This document shows positions 26,543-35,413 of a stretch of DNA of 44,131 nucleotides, piece by piece. Every line of letters begins with the position of its first letter. The stretch's first letter is position 1. The stretch is taken from contig DWZY01000329.1 of NCBI GenBank assembly GCA_019117325.1, positions 1 through 44,131 of the forward strand, written 5' to 3'. The translations under genes and the position numbers were made by a program. Below the pieces are notes generated by a model. The model worked only from the letters and a program-made list of their open reading frames with translations, was not told the DNA's origin and ran no database searches. This stretch comes from Candidatus Brevibacterium intestinigallinarum. Lineage in GTDB: Bacteria > Actinomycetota > Actinomycetes > Actinomycetales > Brevibacteriaceae.

Positions 26543-26594
26543 GCACTCGCACAGAAATGTTGCGAAGAATTTCTGCCGGACCGGCGTCCGGTCA

Positions 26595-26616
26595 TGTCCG
26601 CGCCTGTCGCTACCGT
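26595..26616 (+). promoter_or_regulatory. PafBC/RecA-NDp-type promoter of the M48/YgjP-like protease (leaderless)
   Basis: TGTCCG-CGCCTGTCGC-TACCGT, 7 nt before the in-frame ATG 26624. Confidence 0.7.
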
Positions 26617-26623
26617 GTGGTCC

Positions 26624-27202
26624 ATGGAGACACCGGACGCTTCGAGGACCACGGGTCCCGTCACGCGCAGCCCGGACCAGGTGCTGGCGGCGATCGAGGA
26701 CGGCTCGGTCGTCCTCCGCCGGTCGGCGCGCCGGCGCAAGACGATCGCGGTCACACGGGAGGGGGAGACCTGGGTGCTGGCCGTGCCCAGGGACTTCCGC
26801 CCGGCTCAGCATGCGGAGTCCATCGCCGCCCTGCTCGCCCGCGCAGAGAAGCGCGCGGCACGCGTTCCGGCCAGTGACCAGCAGCTGCTGGAGAGAGCCC
26901 TCAGGCTGAATGAGCAGTACTTCGACGACGGCATCGCTCCCGCCTCCGTCGTGTGGGTCGACAACCAGAACTCGCGCTTCGCCTCGACGACCACGGCGCA
27001 TCGCACGATCCGCGTGTCCTCGAAGATCGCGCAGGTGCCCGGCTGGGTGCTGGATTCAGTGCTGGTCCACGAGCTGGCGCATCTGCGGCGCGCGGACCAC
27101 TCAGCGGAGTTCCACGCCCTCGCGCGGCGCTACCCGCACACCCAGAAGGCAGAGGTCTTCCTCGAGGGCTTCAGCCACGGGCAGCGGGTCGGGGACGGCT
27201 GA
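26624..27202 (+). CDS. YgjP/DUF45 (M48/SprT-like) zinc metallopeptidase-domain protein
   Basis: RRSARRRKT, WVDNQNSRFAS, IRVS, VLVHELAHL...HSAEF; start chosen from promoter geometry. Confidence 0.88.
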   Translation: METPDASRTTGPVTRSPDQVLAAIEDGSVVLRRSARRRKTIAVTREGETWVLAVPRDFRPAQHAESIAALLARAEKRAARVPASDQQLLERALRLNEQYFDDGIAPASVVWVDNQNSRFASTTTAHRTIRVSSKIAQVPGWVLDSVLVHELAHLRRADHSAEFHALARRYPHTQKAEVFLEGFSHGQRVGDG

Positions 27203-27284
27203 CCGGTGCGCGTCCGGCCGCGTGGATGGACACGGAAGATTCGCCTGGGCGGAACCGGGAAGCGCGTCCGGACGAGTCCGGGAG

Positions 27285-27899
27285 TCACGGCAGCGCGCCG
27301 AGCCTCCGCAACAGGGACGGCAGATCGCGTCGCAGGTCCGCAGCCGTGCCCTGCGGCAGTGCGGAGGGGGAGAACCAGTCGACCCGGGAGATCCCCGCAT
27401 CCGTCGTCTGCAGTGCGACCCGGTGCGGTGCACGGGCTGCGAAGAGGATGTCCACGTGGGCCTCGCACTGTGCGGTGCCCACCGGGAACTCGCGGACGGC
27501 GAGGGGGCCAGCGCTGAGGCGGACGGAGTCCGCTCCGACTGCGCCACTGCTGGCCGTCGCGATCGCGTCCACCTCGATCGAGGACTCTTCGCGCAGTTCC
27601 CTCACCGCGGCGTTGCGCAGGCTCGCGTCACCGGGATCCACGTGGCCGCCCAGCTGCCGCCACTGCCCCGACTTGACATGCAGGCCCAGCGCGATCGCCG
27701 GGTCGTGCGACGGGCCCGCCACCAGCAGGCAGCTGACTGTCAGGTGACGGGGACTGTCCGCGCGCAGGACGGCGAGGGCCCCGGACCGCAGTGACTCGCG
27801 CGCGGCCCGGGCCATCTCAACCTCGTCGGCCGGTGCGACCGCTGCGATCCGCGCGGGATCCAGCTCCTCGAGGAGGGCCGCCAGGGGGTCAGTCGTCAC
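27285..27899 (-). CDS. NUDIX hydrolase
   Basis: HLTVSCLL, WRQLGGHVDPGDASLRNAAVRELREES, HVDILF; GTG start overlapping the zincin gene end. Confidence 0.88.
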   Translation of the reverse strand: MTTDPLAALLEELDPARIAAVAPADEVEMARAARESLRSGALAVLRADSPRHLTVSCLLVAGPSHDPAIALGLHVKSGQWRQLGGHVDPGDASLRNAAVRELREESSIEVDAIATASSGAVGADSVRLSAGPLAVREFPVGTAQCEAHVDILFAARAPHRVALQTTDAGISRVDWFSPSALPQGTAADLRRDLPSLLRRLGALP

Positions 27900-29247
27900 T
27901 GCGGTCGGACGGGGTGTCCGGACCATCCGCCTCGCGCAGGATCCGCTCGAGCGCCTCGTCCAGGGAGGAATCGGACGCCCAGTCCGACTGCCGGCGCTCG
28001 TCGTAGCCCAGCGGGTCATCGAGGTCCTGCGTGGTGGGCAGGGTGTCCGGGTGATCGAATACAGCGTCGCGTGCCTCTGCGCCCGACTTCTGCTCGAGGA
28101 AGGTGAAGAGCGCGGCGGCGTCCCGCAGACGGCGCGGCCGCAGCGAGAAGCCGATGTGCGCGGCGAAGGCGGCCTCGGCCTCGGACTCGGAGGCGAGCCG
28201 GCTGCGCAGGGCCTCGCGGATCGCGTCGCGGTCCTCGAGGGCCTCGCACGCGGCGTGGACGACGACATCGGACCAGCCCGCGATGACGGACAGCAGGTTC
28301 TCCAGCGCGGTGAGCGCCTCCTTCTGCGCGGCGGTCGTCGCCGGGGCGAGCATGCCGGACCGCAGCTCCTCGGCCATGCGCTGCATCTCCGCCGGGTCCG
28401 TGCCGGGCGACAGGTTCTGCATGCGGCTGAGGTCCACCTGCACGCCCGCGGCGTACTTGGCGAGGGCCGTCTCGACGTGTCCCTTCAGCCAGGGGTTCTT
28501 CGCGAACAGCCACAGGTGCGCGAGCTCACGCGCCGCCAGCCAGATCCGCAGCTGTGTGGGGTCCACGTCCATCTCCGCCGCAGCGCCCGGGAGGTTCGCC
28601 TCGACGAGGACGGGGGAGGAGCCGAACAGCGGCAGGCCGAACTCCGTGCCGCTCAGGACGGCGCCGGACAGTGAGGCGACAGCCTCGCCGATCTGGATCG
28701 AGAACATCGACTGGCTCATCGAGGTGAGCATCTGGCCCGCGCCCGCCATGAGCTGGGCCATCTCCGGGGGCAGCTGCTCCGTGAGGCTCTCCACCATGGA
28801 CTCGGACATGTTCCGGCGGACGGGGTCGGCCAGGCGGCGCCACTCATCCAGTGATCCCTTGGCCCAGGCTGCGCGGTTGAGCGCGCGCGGCTCGCCCACC
28901 CCGGAGACGGGGTCGATGACGCGCTCCAGCCAGAGCTCGGCCAGGCGGAAGGCGTCCGTGGAGTTCCGCTCGAGGTCTGCGCTGATTGCGGGGTCCGGCG
29001 TGGGGACCGACTGCTCGATGACTCGCTGGGCCGCCGCAGAGGAATCACCGCCGGAGAACATGCCCTGCAGCTGTCCCAGCATCCCCTGGAGCATCGACGG
29101 GTCCAGCGGCATGCCTCCGGCCTGACCGCTCGCACCGGGGAAGCCCTGCCCGCCGGGACCGAAGACCATGCCGAACATCTGCTCGAAGGGGTTCTGGCCG
29201 TTCTCGTCGCCGTCGTCGGGTGTCCGGTCGTCGTTCGTGTCGCTCAT
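27889..29247 (-). CDS. Zincin-like putative metalloprotease (Rv3195/DUF2342-like)
   Basis: LAELWL, TEFGLPL, ARELAHLWLF..PWL, LENLLSVIAGW, LRPRRLRDA, HPDTLPT. Confidence 0.88.
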   Translation of the reverse strand: MSDTNDDRTPDDGDENGQNPFEQMFGMVFGPGGQGFPGASGQAGGMPLDPSMLQGMLGQLQGMFSGGDSSAAAQRVIEQSVPTPDPAISADLERNSTDAFRLAELWLERVIDPVSGVGEPRALNRAAWAKGSLDEWRRLADPVRRNMSESMVESLTEQLPPEMAQLMAGAGQMLTSMSQSMFSIQIGEAVASLSGAVLSGTEFGLPLFGSSPVLVEANLPGAAAEMDVDPTQLRIWLAARELAHLWLFAKNPWLKGHVETALAKYAAGVQVDLSRMQNLSPGTDPAEMQRMAEELRSGMLAPATTAAQKEALTALENLLSVIAGWSDVVVHAACEALEDRDAIREALRSRLASESEAEAAFAAHIGFSLRPRRLRDAAALFTFLEQKSGAEARDAVFDHPDTLPTTQDLDDPLGYDERRQSDWASDSSLDEALERILREADGPDTPSDRSDD

Positions 29248-29489
29248 GGCCGTCCCTCATTCGTGTGGCTGCGGTCAGATGAACCGTGTCGGAAGCATCG
29301 TCCCGCGGGTCGTTGCGCCCACCTTAACGTTCAGGGGCCCGCCGCTTCTTCCCGTGCTGGCGGTTGCGCATCCACTTCCCAGCTCTCACCGGGCCGAAAC
29401 GCACCCGCAGTCGGGGCTCCATCCGATTTCAGGGGTGCACACCGCTCGACTACACTGATCGGGACTCGATGACCTTGGAGGACCCCCAC

Positions 29490-30608
29490 GTGAGCGATTC
29501 CGCGCCCGCAGCAGGAGGCCGGTCCGTTCGCGACGGCGGACGCAGGGGCGCGCGGCTCCTCGGGTCATCGGGACTCTCCGGCATCATCCTCTATGTGCTG
29601 GTCTTCGCGCTGGCCATCACGCCGGTGCCCTATCTCCTCCAGACGCCCGGACCGGTCGTCAACACCCTGGAGCCCTACGAGGGCGTCGATCTCGTGTCGA
29701 TCAGCGGGACGGAGACCTACGAGGCGGAGGGCACCCTCGACATGCTGACGGTCGCCGTCGCCGGCGGCCCGGGCCGCGACATCTTCGCCGCGCAGGCGGT
29801 CACCTCGCTCATCAACGGCGTGGAGACCGTCGTCCCCTCGGAGGCCTACTACCCGCTCAGCACCACGCGTGATGAGGTCGAGGCGGCCAACAGCACGGAC
29901 ATGATCTCCTCGCAGGACGAGGCGACGGCCGCGGCGCTCACGGAGCTGGACATCGACTACGACTCCGTCATCGGCGTCAGCCAGGTCGTCGAGGACTCCG
30001 CCGCCGCTGGCGTCGTCGAGCCCGGCGATCACATCCTGGCCGTCGACGGTCAGGACATCGCCGGGACCGAGGAGGGCATGGCCGAGGTCCGCCAGGCCGT
30101 CGTCGACTCGACCGGTCCCATCGAACTCACACTGGACCGAGACGGGGAGACCGTCGACGCAACCGTCGAGCCGGTCGAGGCCGACGGTGTGCGCTCGATC
30201 GGCGTCGTCATGTCCCGTGCGTACAGCTTCCCCTTCGACGTCGACTTCGCCGTCGAGGGGATCGGCGGGCCGTCCGCCGGCACGATCTTCGCGCTCACGA
30301 TCATCGACCTGCTGACCGAGGGGAACCTGACGGGCGGGGAGGCGATCGCCGGGACCGGCGCCATCGATGCGTCCGGCCAGGTGTCTCCCATCGGCGGGGC
30401 GAGGCAGAAGGTCGCGGCGGCCGCGGCCTCGGGCGCGGAGTACTTCCTGTCACCGGCGGGCAACTGCGCAGAGGTGCTGGGAGCCCGCGGCGTCGACGAG
30501 CTGACGGTCGTGCGGATCGACGATCTCAGCGCGGCCCACCAGGCTGTCGCCAGCATCGCCGCAGGCGACACGGGCGATCTGCCCACCTGCACGGACGCAG
30601 CGCAGTGA
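29490..30608 (+). CDS. Membrane PDZ + Lon-protease domain protein (YlbL/Rv3194c-like)
   Basis: TM segment, PGPVVNTL, PDZ-like core, IGGPSAG (Ser), IAGTG, PIGGARQK (Lys); GGAGGA SD before GTG (alternative start ATG 29469). Confidence 0.9.
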   Translation: MSDSAPAAGGRSVRDGGRRGARLLGSSGLSGIILYVLVFALAITPVPYLLQTPGPVVNTLEPYEGVDLVSISGTETYEAEGTLDMLTVAVAGGPGRDIFAAQAVTSLINGVETVVPSEAYYPLSTTRDEVEAANSTDMISSQDEATAAALTELDIDYDSVIGVSQVVEDSAAAGVVEPGDHILAVDGQDIAGTEEGMAEVRQAVVDSTGPIELTLDRDGETVDATVEPVEADGVRSIGVVMSRAYSFPFDVDFAVEGIGGPSAGTIFALTIIDLLTEGNLTGGEAIAGTGAIDASGQVSPIGGARQKVAAAAASGAEYFLSPAGNCAEVLGARGVDELTVVRIDDLSAAHQAVASIAAGDTGDLPTCTDAAQ

Positions 30609-30710
30609 CGAGCGCATCCGCAGACCAGACCACCCGCGCAGCCGCCGCGCGGACCCCTCGGCAGCACGGCTGGACACCCACAGCCGCAACACACGAATGA
30701 AAGGGCGACT

Positions 30711-33700
30711 GTGAGCTTCACCGCCAGACCCCCGCAGACACCCCCCAGCACGGGGAGCAGGCGCCCGTCGCCGCTGCTCCTCACCCTCATCGCGGTGCTC
30801 GCGCTCGTCGCGCTCTTCGTGGTCTTCGCGCAGATCTACACCGAGGTCCTGTGGTTCCGGCAGCTGGACCGCTTCGACGTCTTCGCGACCGAGTGGGTCG
30901 CCCGCTCGGCGCTGTTCGGCCTGGGCTTCGTGCTCATGGCCGTGCCCGTCTGGTACATGCTGTGGTCCGCGCACCGCGGTCGGCCCACGACGGTTCCGTC
31001 GAATCCCCGCGAGGAGAACCTCGACCGGTACCGCGAGGCCGTCGAGCCCCTGCGCCGCACGCTCACCTACGCGATCCCCGCTGTGCTGGGCGTGCTGGGC
31101 GGTGTGGCTCTCACCGCTTCGTGGCGGCAGGCGCTCCTGTTCCTCAATTCGGAGTCGTTCGGGCAGTCTGATCCGCAGTACCAGCACGACATCGGCTTCT
31201 ACATCTTCCAGCTGCCGATCGTCTCGACGATCGTCGACTTCCTGGGCATGGTCGCCCTCCTGGCAGTCGTCGCGGGCCTCGTCGCCCACTACCTCTTCGG
31301 CGGGCTGCGTCCGCGCGAGTCGCGCGGGTTCGATCTCACCCGCAGCGCGCGCGTGCACCTCGCGATCGCTCTGGGCGTCCTCGTCCTCATCCAGGCCGGG
31401 CGCCTGTTCCTGTGGCGCTACAGCAAGCTGACGGACAACAGCGGCCTCGTCACGGGTGCGACCTACACGGACGCGAACGCCGCACTGCCGGCGATCCTCA
31501 TCGTTGCGATCGCCGCGCTGCTGGTCGCCGCACTCGTGTTCTCGACGGCCTTCTTCAAGACCTTCCGGCTCACAGCGATCTCGCTGGGCATGCTCGTGGT
31601 GCTGGGCGCGGTTGCGATCATCGGCTTCCCCGCGGCGATGCAGCAGTTCCAGGTCAACCCCTCGCAGCAGAGCCTCGAGGCGGAGTACATCAACCGGCAC
31701 CTCGAGGCGACGCGAACCGCGTACGGCATCGACGACGTCGAGGTGATCCCGTACACGCCGTCGACGGAGGGCGAGTCCGGTGCGCTGCGCCAGGACGCTG
31801 TGACCGCTGCGAGCGTTCGTCTGCTGGACCCCAACCTCGTGTCCGACACGTTCCGCCAGCTGCAGCAGACGCGTTCGTACTACGCGTTCCCCGAGCAGCT
31901 GGACGTCGACCGCTACGACATCGACGGCGTGAGCGAGGACACGGTCATCGCGCTGCGCGAGCTCGACCCCAACGCCCTGTCGGACAACACCTGGGTCAAC
32001 CAGGCGACGGTCTACACGCACGGCTTCGGCGTCGTCGCCGCGCACGGCAGCCGCCGCGGGCCGGACGGGGAGCCCTCGTTCTTCGAGGCGTCGATCCCCG
32101 CCAGCGGTGTGCTGACGGATCAGAGCGAGTACGAGCCGCGCATCTACTTCGGTGAGCGCTCGACCCAGTACTCGATCGTGGGTGCGCCGGAGGGTGCCAA
32201 CCCGATCGAGCTCGACTACCCGGCGGATGACCAGGAAGGCTCCGGCCAGGTGAACTACACGTTCTCCGGCGACGGCGGCCCCAGCGTGGGCGACTTCTTC
32301 AACCGCCTGCTCTACGCGATCAAGTTCCAGGATGAGCAGATCGTCCTGGCGGACACGCTGAACGACGAGTCGCAGATCCTCTACGACCGGACACCCCGTG
32401 AGCGCGTCGCCAAGCTGGCGCCGTTCCTCGAGGTCGATGGCGATCCGTACCCCGCCGTCGTCGACGGTCGGGTCAAGTGGATCCTCGACGGATACACGAC
32501 GTCGAACCAGTATCCGTACTCGCGGCCGTCGGTGCTGCAGGAGGCGACGACGGACTCGACGACGGCCGGCAGCAGCGCGGTTGTCGCACTGCCGGACGAG
32601 CAGGTCAACTACATCCGCAACTCCGTCAAGGTCACGGTGGATGCGTACGACGGCTCGGTCGACATGTACGAGTGGGACGAGGATGACCCGGTCCTCGACG
32701 CCTGGATGAACGTCTTCCCGGATCTCATCAAGCCGGCCTCGGAGATCTCGAGCGATCTCATGAGCCACATCCGCTACCCGGAGGATCTGTTCAAGGTCCA
32801 GCGCTCGCTCCTGACGCAGTACCACGTGTCGAACGCCAGCGAGTACTACTCGGGACAGGACTTCTGGACGCTGCCGATCGATCCCACGACGGATCAGGAG
32901 CGCCAGCTCCAGCAGCCGCCGTACTTCCTCACCCTGCAGATGCCGGGTCAGGAGGAGCCGTCGTTCTCGTTGACCTCGTCCTTCATCCCGCGGCCCAGCC
33001 AGGGGCAGACCCGCAACAACCTGACGGGCTTCCTCGCAGCGAACGCGGATGCGGGAAGTGAAGCCGGTGTCGTGAGCGACGAGTACGGCACCCTGCGACT
33101 GCTGCAGCTGCCCAGGAACACGACGTTCCCCGGCCCCGGTCAGGCGCAGAACAACTTCAACACCGAGCCCACGGTCCAGACGAGCCTCAACCTGCTGCGT
33201 CAGGGTGAGTCGCGCGTGGAGAACGGCAATCTCCTCACCCTCCCGGTGGCGGACGGGCTGCTGTACGTCCAGCCGGTCTACGTCCGGTCCGCCGGCGAGA
33301 CCTCGTACCCCGTGCTGCAGCGCGTGCTGGTCGCGTTCGGGGAGCAGATCGGCTTCGCTCCCACTCTGGATGAGGCGCTCGACCAGGTCTTCGGCGGAGA
33401 CTCCGGTGCGCGTGCCGGCGACTCGGATGCCGCGGGCGAGGGTGATGACGAGGCGACCGGCGGCACGGGTGGTGACGGCGACGACCAGGCGGCCAGCCTG
33501 GAAGATGCGCTGACCCGGGCCAAGGACGCGATGTCGGAAGCGGATGAGGCGCTCTCCAACGGCGACTTCGGCGCATACGGCGAGGCCCAGGAGCGCCTGC
33601 GCAAGGCGCTCGAGGACGCGATCGAGGCCGAGGGCGGCGACGCCGCTGCCGTGGACCCGGAGGCGAGCCCGGATGCGGCCGCGCCGGACGCTGCGGCCGA

Positions 33701-33713
33701 TGACGGGTCCTGA
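30711..33713 (+). CDS. UPF0182 family integral membrane protein
   Basis: YTEVLWF, DIGFYIFQLP, GATYTD, YTHGFG, PRIYFGE, NYIRNSVK, RYPEDLFKVQR, GNLLTLP, LYVQPVY. Confidence 0.95.
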   Translation: MSFTARPPQTPPSTGSRRPSPLLLTLIAVLALVALFVVFAQIYTEVLWFRQLDRFDVFATEWVARSALFGLGFVLMAVPVWYMLWSAHRGRPTTVPSNPREENLDRYREAVEPLRRTLTYAIPAVLGVLGGVALTASWRQALLFLNSESFGQSDPQYQHDIGFYIFQLPIVSTIVDFLGMVALLAVVAGLVAHYLFGGLRPRESRGFDLTRSARVHLAIALGVLVLIQAGRLFLWRYSKLTDNSGLVTGATYTDANAALPAILIVAIAALLVAALVFSTAFFKTFRLTAISLGMLVVLGAVAIIGFPAAMQQFQVNPSQQSLEAEYINRHLEATRTAYGIDDVEVIPYTPSTEGESGALRQDAVTAASVRLLDPNLVSDTFRQLQQTRSYYAFPEQLDVDRYDIDGVSEDTVIALRELDPNALSDNTWVNQATVYTHGFGVVAAHGSRRGPDGEPSFFEASIPASGVLTDQSEYEPRIYFGERSTQYSIVGAPEGANPIELDYPADDQEGSGQVNYTFSGDGGPSVGDFFNRLLYAIKFQDEQIVLADTLNDESQILYDRTPRERVAKLAPFLEVDGDPYPAVVDGRVKWILDGYTTSNQYPYSRPSVLQEATTDSTTAGSSAVVALPDEQVNYIRNSVKVTVDAYDGSVDMYEWDEDDPVLDAWMNVFPDLIKPASEISSDLMSHIRYPEDLFKVQRSLLTQYHVSNASEYYSGQDFWTLPIDPTTDQERQLQQPPYFLTLQMPGQEEPSFSLTSSFIPRPSQGQTRNNLTGFLAANADAGSEAGVVSDEYGTLRLLQLPRNTTFPGPGQAQNNFNTEPTVQTSLNLLRQGESRVENGNLLTLPVADGLLYVQPVYVRSAGETSYPVLQRVLVAFGEQIGFAPTLDEALDQVFGGDSGARAGDSDAAGEGDDEATGGTGGDGDDQAASLEDALTRAKDAMSEADEALSNGDFGAYGEAQERLRKALEDAIEAEGGDAAAVDPEASPDAAAPDAAADDGS

Positions 33714-33857
33714 CCTCACCTGATCAGCAGGAGCGCGGGGCCGGGCGGATCATTCCGCACGGCCCTGCGGCCGTCTGGGGGAGAGGTGGTCCGGGGGAGC
33801 GCGAGCGCAGTGGGCGCGCCATCAGCGCTGATGTGTCGCGCATCACCGGCCGTCGAT

Positions 33858-33886
33858 TTGGTGGCCACCCGGAGTTCACGTAGAGT
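33858..33886 (+). promoter_or_regulatory. Sigma-A-type promoter of the tRNA
   Basis: TTGGTG-17 nt-TAGAGT. Confidence 0.6.
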
Positions 33887-33897
33887 AGTCATTGCAA

Positions 33898-33971
33898 CGC
33901 GGGGTGGAGCAGTTCGGTAGCTCGCCGGGCTCATAACCCGGAGGTCGAGGGTTCAAATCCCTCCCCCGCCA
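33898..33971 (+). tRNA. tRNA-fMet (CAT), initiator; CCA not encoded
   Basis: CGCGGGGTGGAGCAGTTCGGTAGCTCG-CCGGG-CTCATAA-CCCGG-AGGTC-GAGGG-TTCAAAT-CCCTC-CCCCGCCA; unpaired C1 and three G-C pairs in the anticodon stem. Confidence 0.97.
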
Positions 33972-33979
33972 CAGAGAAG

Positions 33980-34012
33980 GAAGAACCCCCAGCCACAGGC
34001 TGGGGGTTCTTC
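33980..34012 (+). terminator. Intrinsic terminator after the tRNA
   Basis: GAAGAACCCCCAGCC-ACA-GGCTGGGGGTTCTTC, perfect 15-bp stem. Confidence 0.85.
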
Positions 34013-34061
34013 TCATTCACGATGCCTCCGAGTCGCTCACCGAGAGGGGCGTCGAGTGCGC

Positions 34062-34100
34062 TGAACACCTGTTTACTCTTCAGCTCTGCGGCGCTAGTGT
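34062..34100 (+). promoter_or_regulatory. Promoter with overlapping palindromic operator upstream of the oxygenase
   Basis: TGAACA-CC-TGTTTA overlapping -35 TTTACT, 17 nt, -10 TAGTGT; AAGGAG SD downstream. Confidence 0.5.
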
Positions 34101-34132
34101 GAGGCGCACACCAGGGATTCGAAGGAGCATCC

Positions 34133-35311
34133 ATGACTGTGCAGCCGTGGCCCCGGCTCCGGGGGAGCGAGGCAGATTTCACTGACCGATTCGGTGAGGA
34201 GCTGGGCGACCGGTTCCGCCGGGCCTTCCATGAGGGCGCCCCGGTGGCGGACGATCTGTTCGCGGATCCCGCCACGCGTGCGGCGCACATGAAGCAGCTG
34301 CGCGCCGCTCTGGCGACCGGCGCGGCGGCAGGCGACGATGCCCCCGCCGTCCGGGCCTTCCTCGCGGACATGACGGATTCGCTGGCGGACGTCGACTGGG
34401 AGCTCGTCGCGCGAGCGCGCCGCGTCATCCTCAGCATCCCCATCCTGGACCACAGCGTTGCGCTGGGCCCGGGCTCCCTCACGAACACCTATTCCTCGCC
34501 TGCCATCGCGACGGTGCTCACGGCCACCGGACGCCTGGTCGACGGTGCGCTGCGCAGGCTGACGGACACCCGGAACTGGCTCTACCACCTCTACTTCGAG
34601 GACGCGCTGAAGCCCGGCGGCGGCGGTTTCGAGCACACGGGGATGGTCCGAGCGATGCACGCGTTCTCTCGCGCGCAGCACCGCATTCGCGGCGACGGAA
34701 ACCATGACTTCGGTGAGCCGATCAACGCGATCGACATGCTGCGCACCTGGTTCGACTTCACGTACGTCCCCTACCGGGGCCTGGACGGAATGGGCTACTC
34801 GCTCTCGACGGAGCAGTTGCACGATGTCTACGGCTTCTGGCGCGCAGTGGGTGGTCTGCTGGGCATCCCCGCTGACCTGCTGGAGGGCTTGGACGACCAC
34901 GAATCGTCCCAGCCGATGGTCGAGGCCATCACTGCAGTCGCCGGGACGCCCAACGCGGATTCCCGCGCGCTCGTGGATGCGCTGGTCGACGCTGTCAGCC
35001 AGCAGCTGGGCCTCGTGCTGGGGCTGCCCGTCGAGCCGCTGCGCGAACGGACGGAAGCGCAGATCCGCATGATCCACGGAGACCAGATCGCGGACTGGCT
35101 GGAGATCCCGCGACGCTCGATCCAGGTCGCGGAGGCGCTCCACGTGCCGACCGTCCGCCAGCGCTTCGCCCTCCTTCAGCAGGTGCCCGGCGTCCTCGAG
35201 CAGGAGATCGCGACCAACCAGGGGCTGATCGTGCAGCTGCTCGAAGCCACAGAGGACGGAGGATCGGCGTACGAGACCGCGCCGACTGCCGCGGCGGAGG
35301 CTGGTGCCTGA
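34133..35311 (+). CDS. MpaB/DUF2236-family (Lcp-related) heme oxygenase-like protein
   Basis: LTATGRL, RRLTDTRNW, VRAMHAFSR (RxxH), GEPINAIDM, WRAVGGLLGIP. Confidence 0.8.
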   Translation: MTVQPWPRLRGSEADFTDRFGEELGDRFRRAFHEGAPVADDLFADPATRAAHMKQLRAALATGAAAGDDAPAVRAFLADMTDSLADVDWELVARARRVILSIPILDHSVALGPGSLTNTYSSPAIATVLTATGRLVDGALRRLTDTRNWLYHLYFEDALKPGGGGFEHTGMVRAMHAFSRAQHRIRGDGNHDFGEPINAIDMLRTWFDFTYVPYRGLDGMGYSLSTEQLHDVYGFWRAVGGLLGIPADLLEGLDDHESSQPMVEAITAVAGTPNADSRALVDALVDAVSQQLGLVLGLPVEPLRERTEAQIRMIHGDQIADWLEIPRRSIQVAEALHVPTVRQRFALLQQVPGVLEQEIATNQGLIVQLLEATEDGGSAYETAPTAAAEAGA

Positions 35312-35345
35312 GTTGTCCAGCCTGCGGCTCACAGTGTGAGCCAGG

Positions 35346-35372
35346 GGAATAGCCGCCCGAGGCCGCGCGGTT
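35346..35372 (+). promoter_or_regulatory. SigH/SigR-type promoter of the LLM gene
   Basis: GGAAT-N19-GTT (gGGAATa...gGTTg). Confidence 0.65.
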
Positions 35373-35413
35373 GTCTCTGACGAACCCTCACCCTGCCGTC
35401 AGGAGACTCATCC

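Noticed and set aside
26139-26624. Chromosomal oriC
   Set aside because: No dnaA, dnaN or rpmH nearby, only one perfect box and no extended AT-rich unwinding element.
27889-29247. RELAH instead of HExxH as evidence of a pseudogene
   Set aside because: The ORF is intact, and an RExxH motif is, to my knowledge, typical of this actinobacterial subfamily.
30450-33719. Very long antisense ORFs (1089 aa here; also 13583-16318, 23436-25331, 39621-41561 and others)
   Set aside because: These are shadow frames of real genes caused by stop-codon scarcity at high GC; they have no recognisable motifs.
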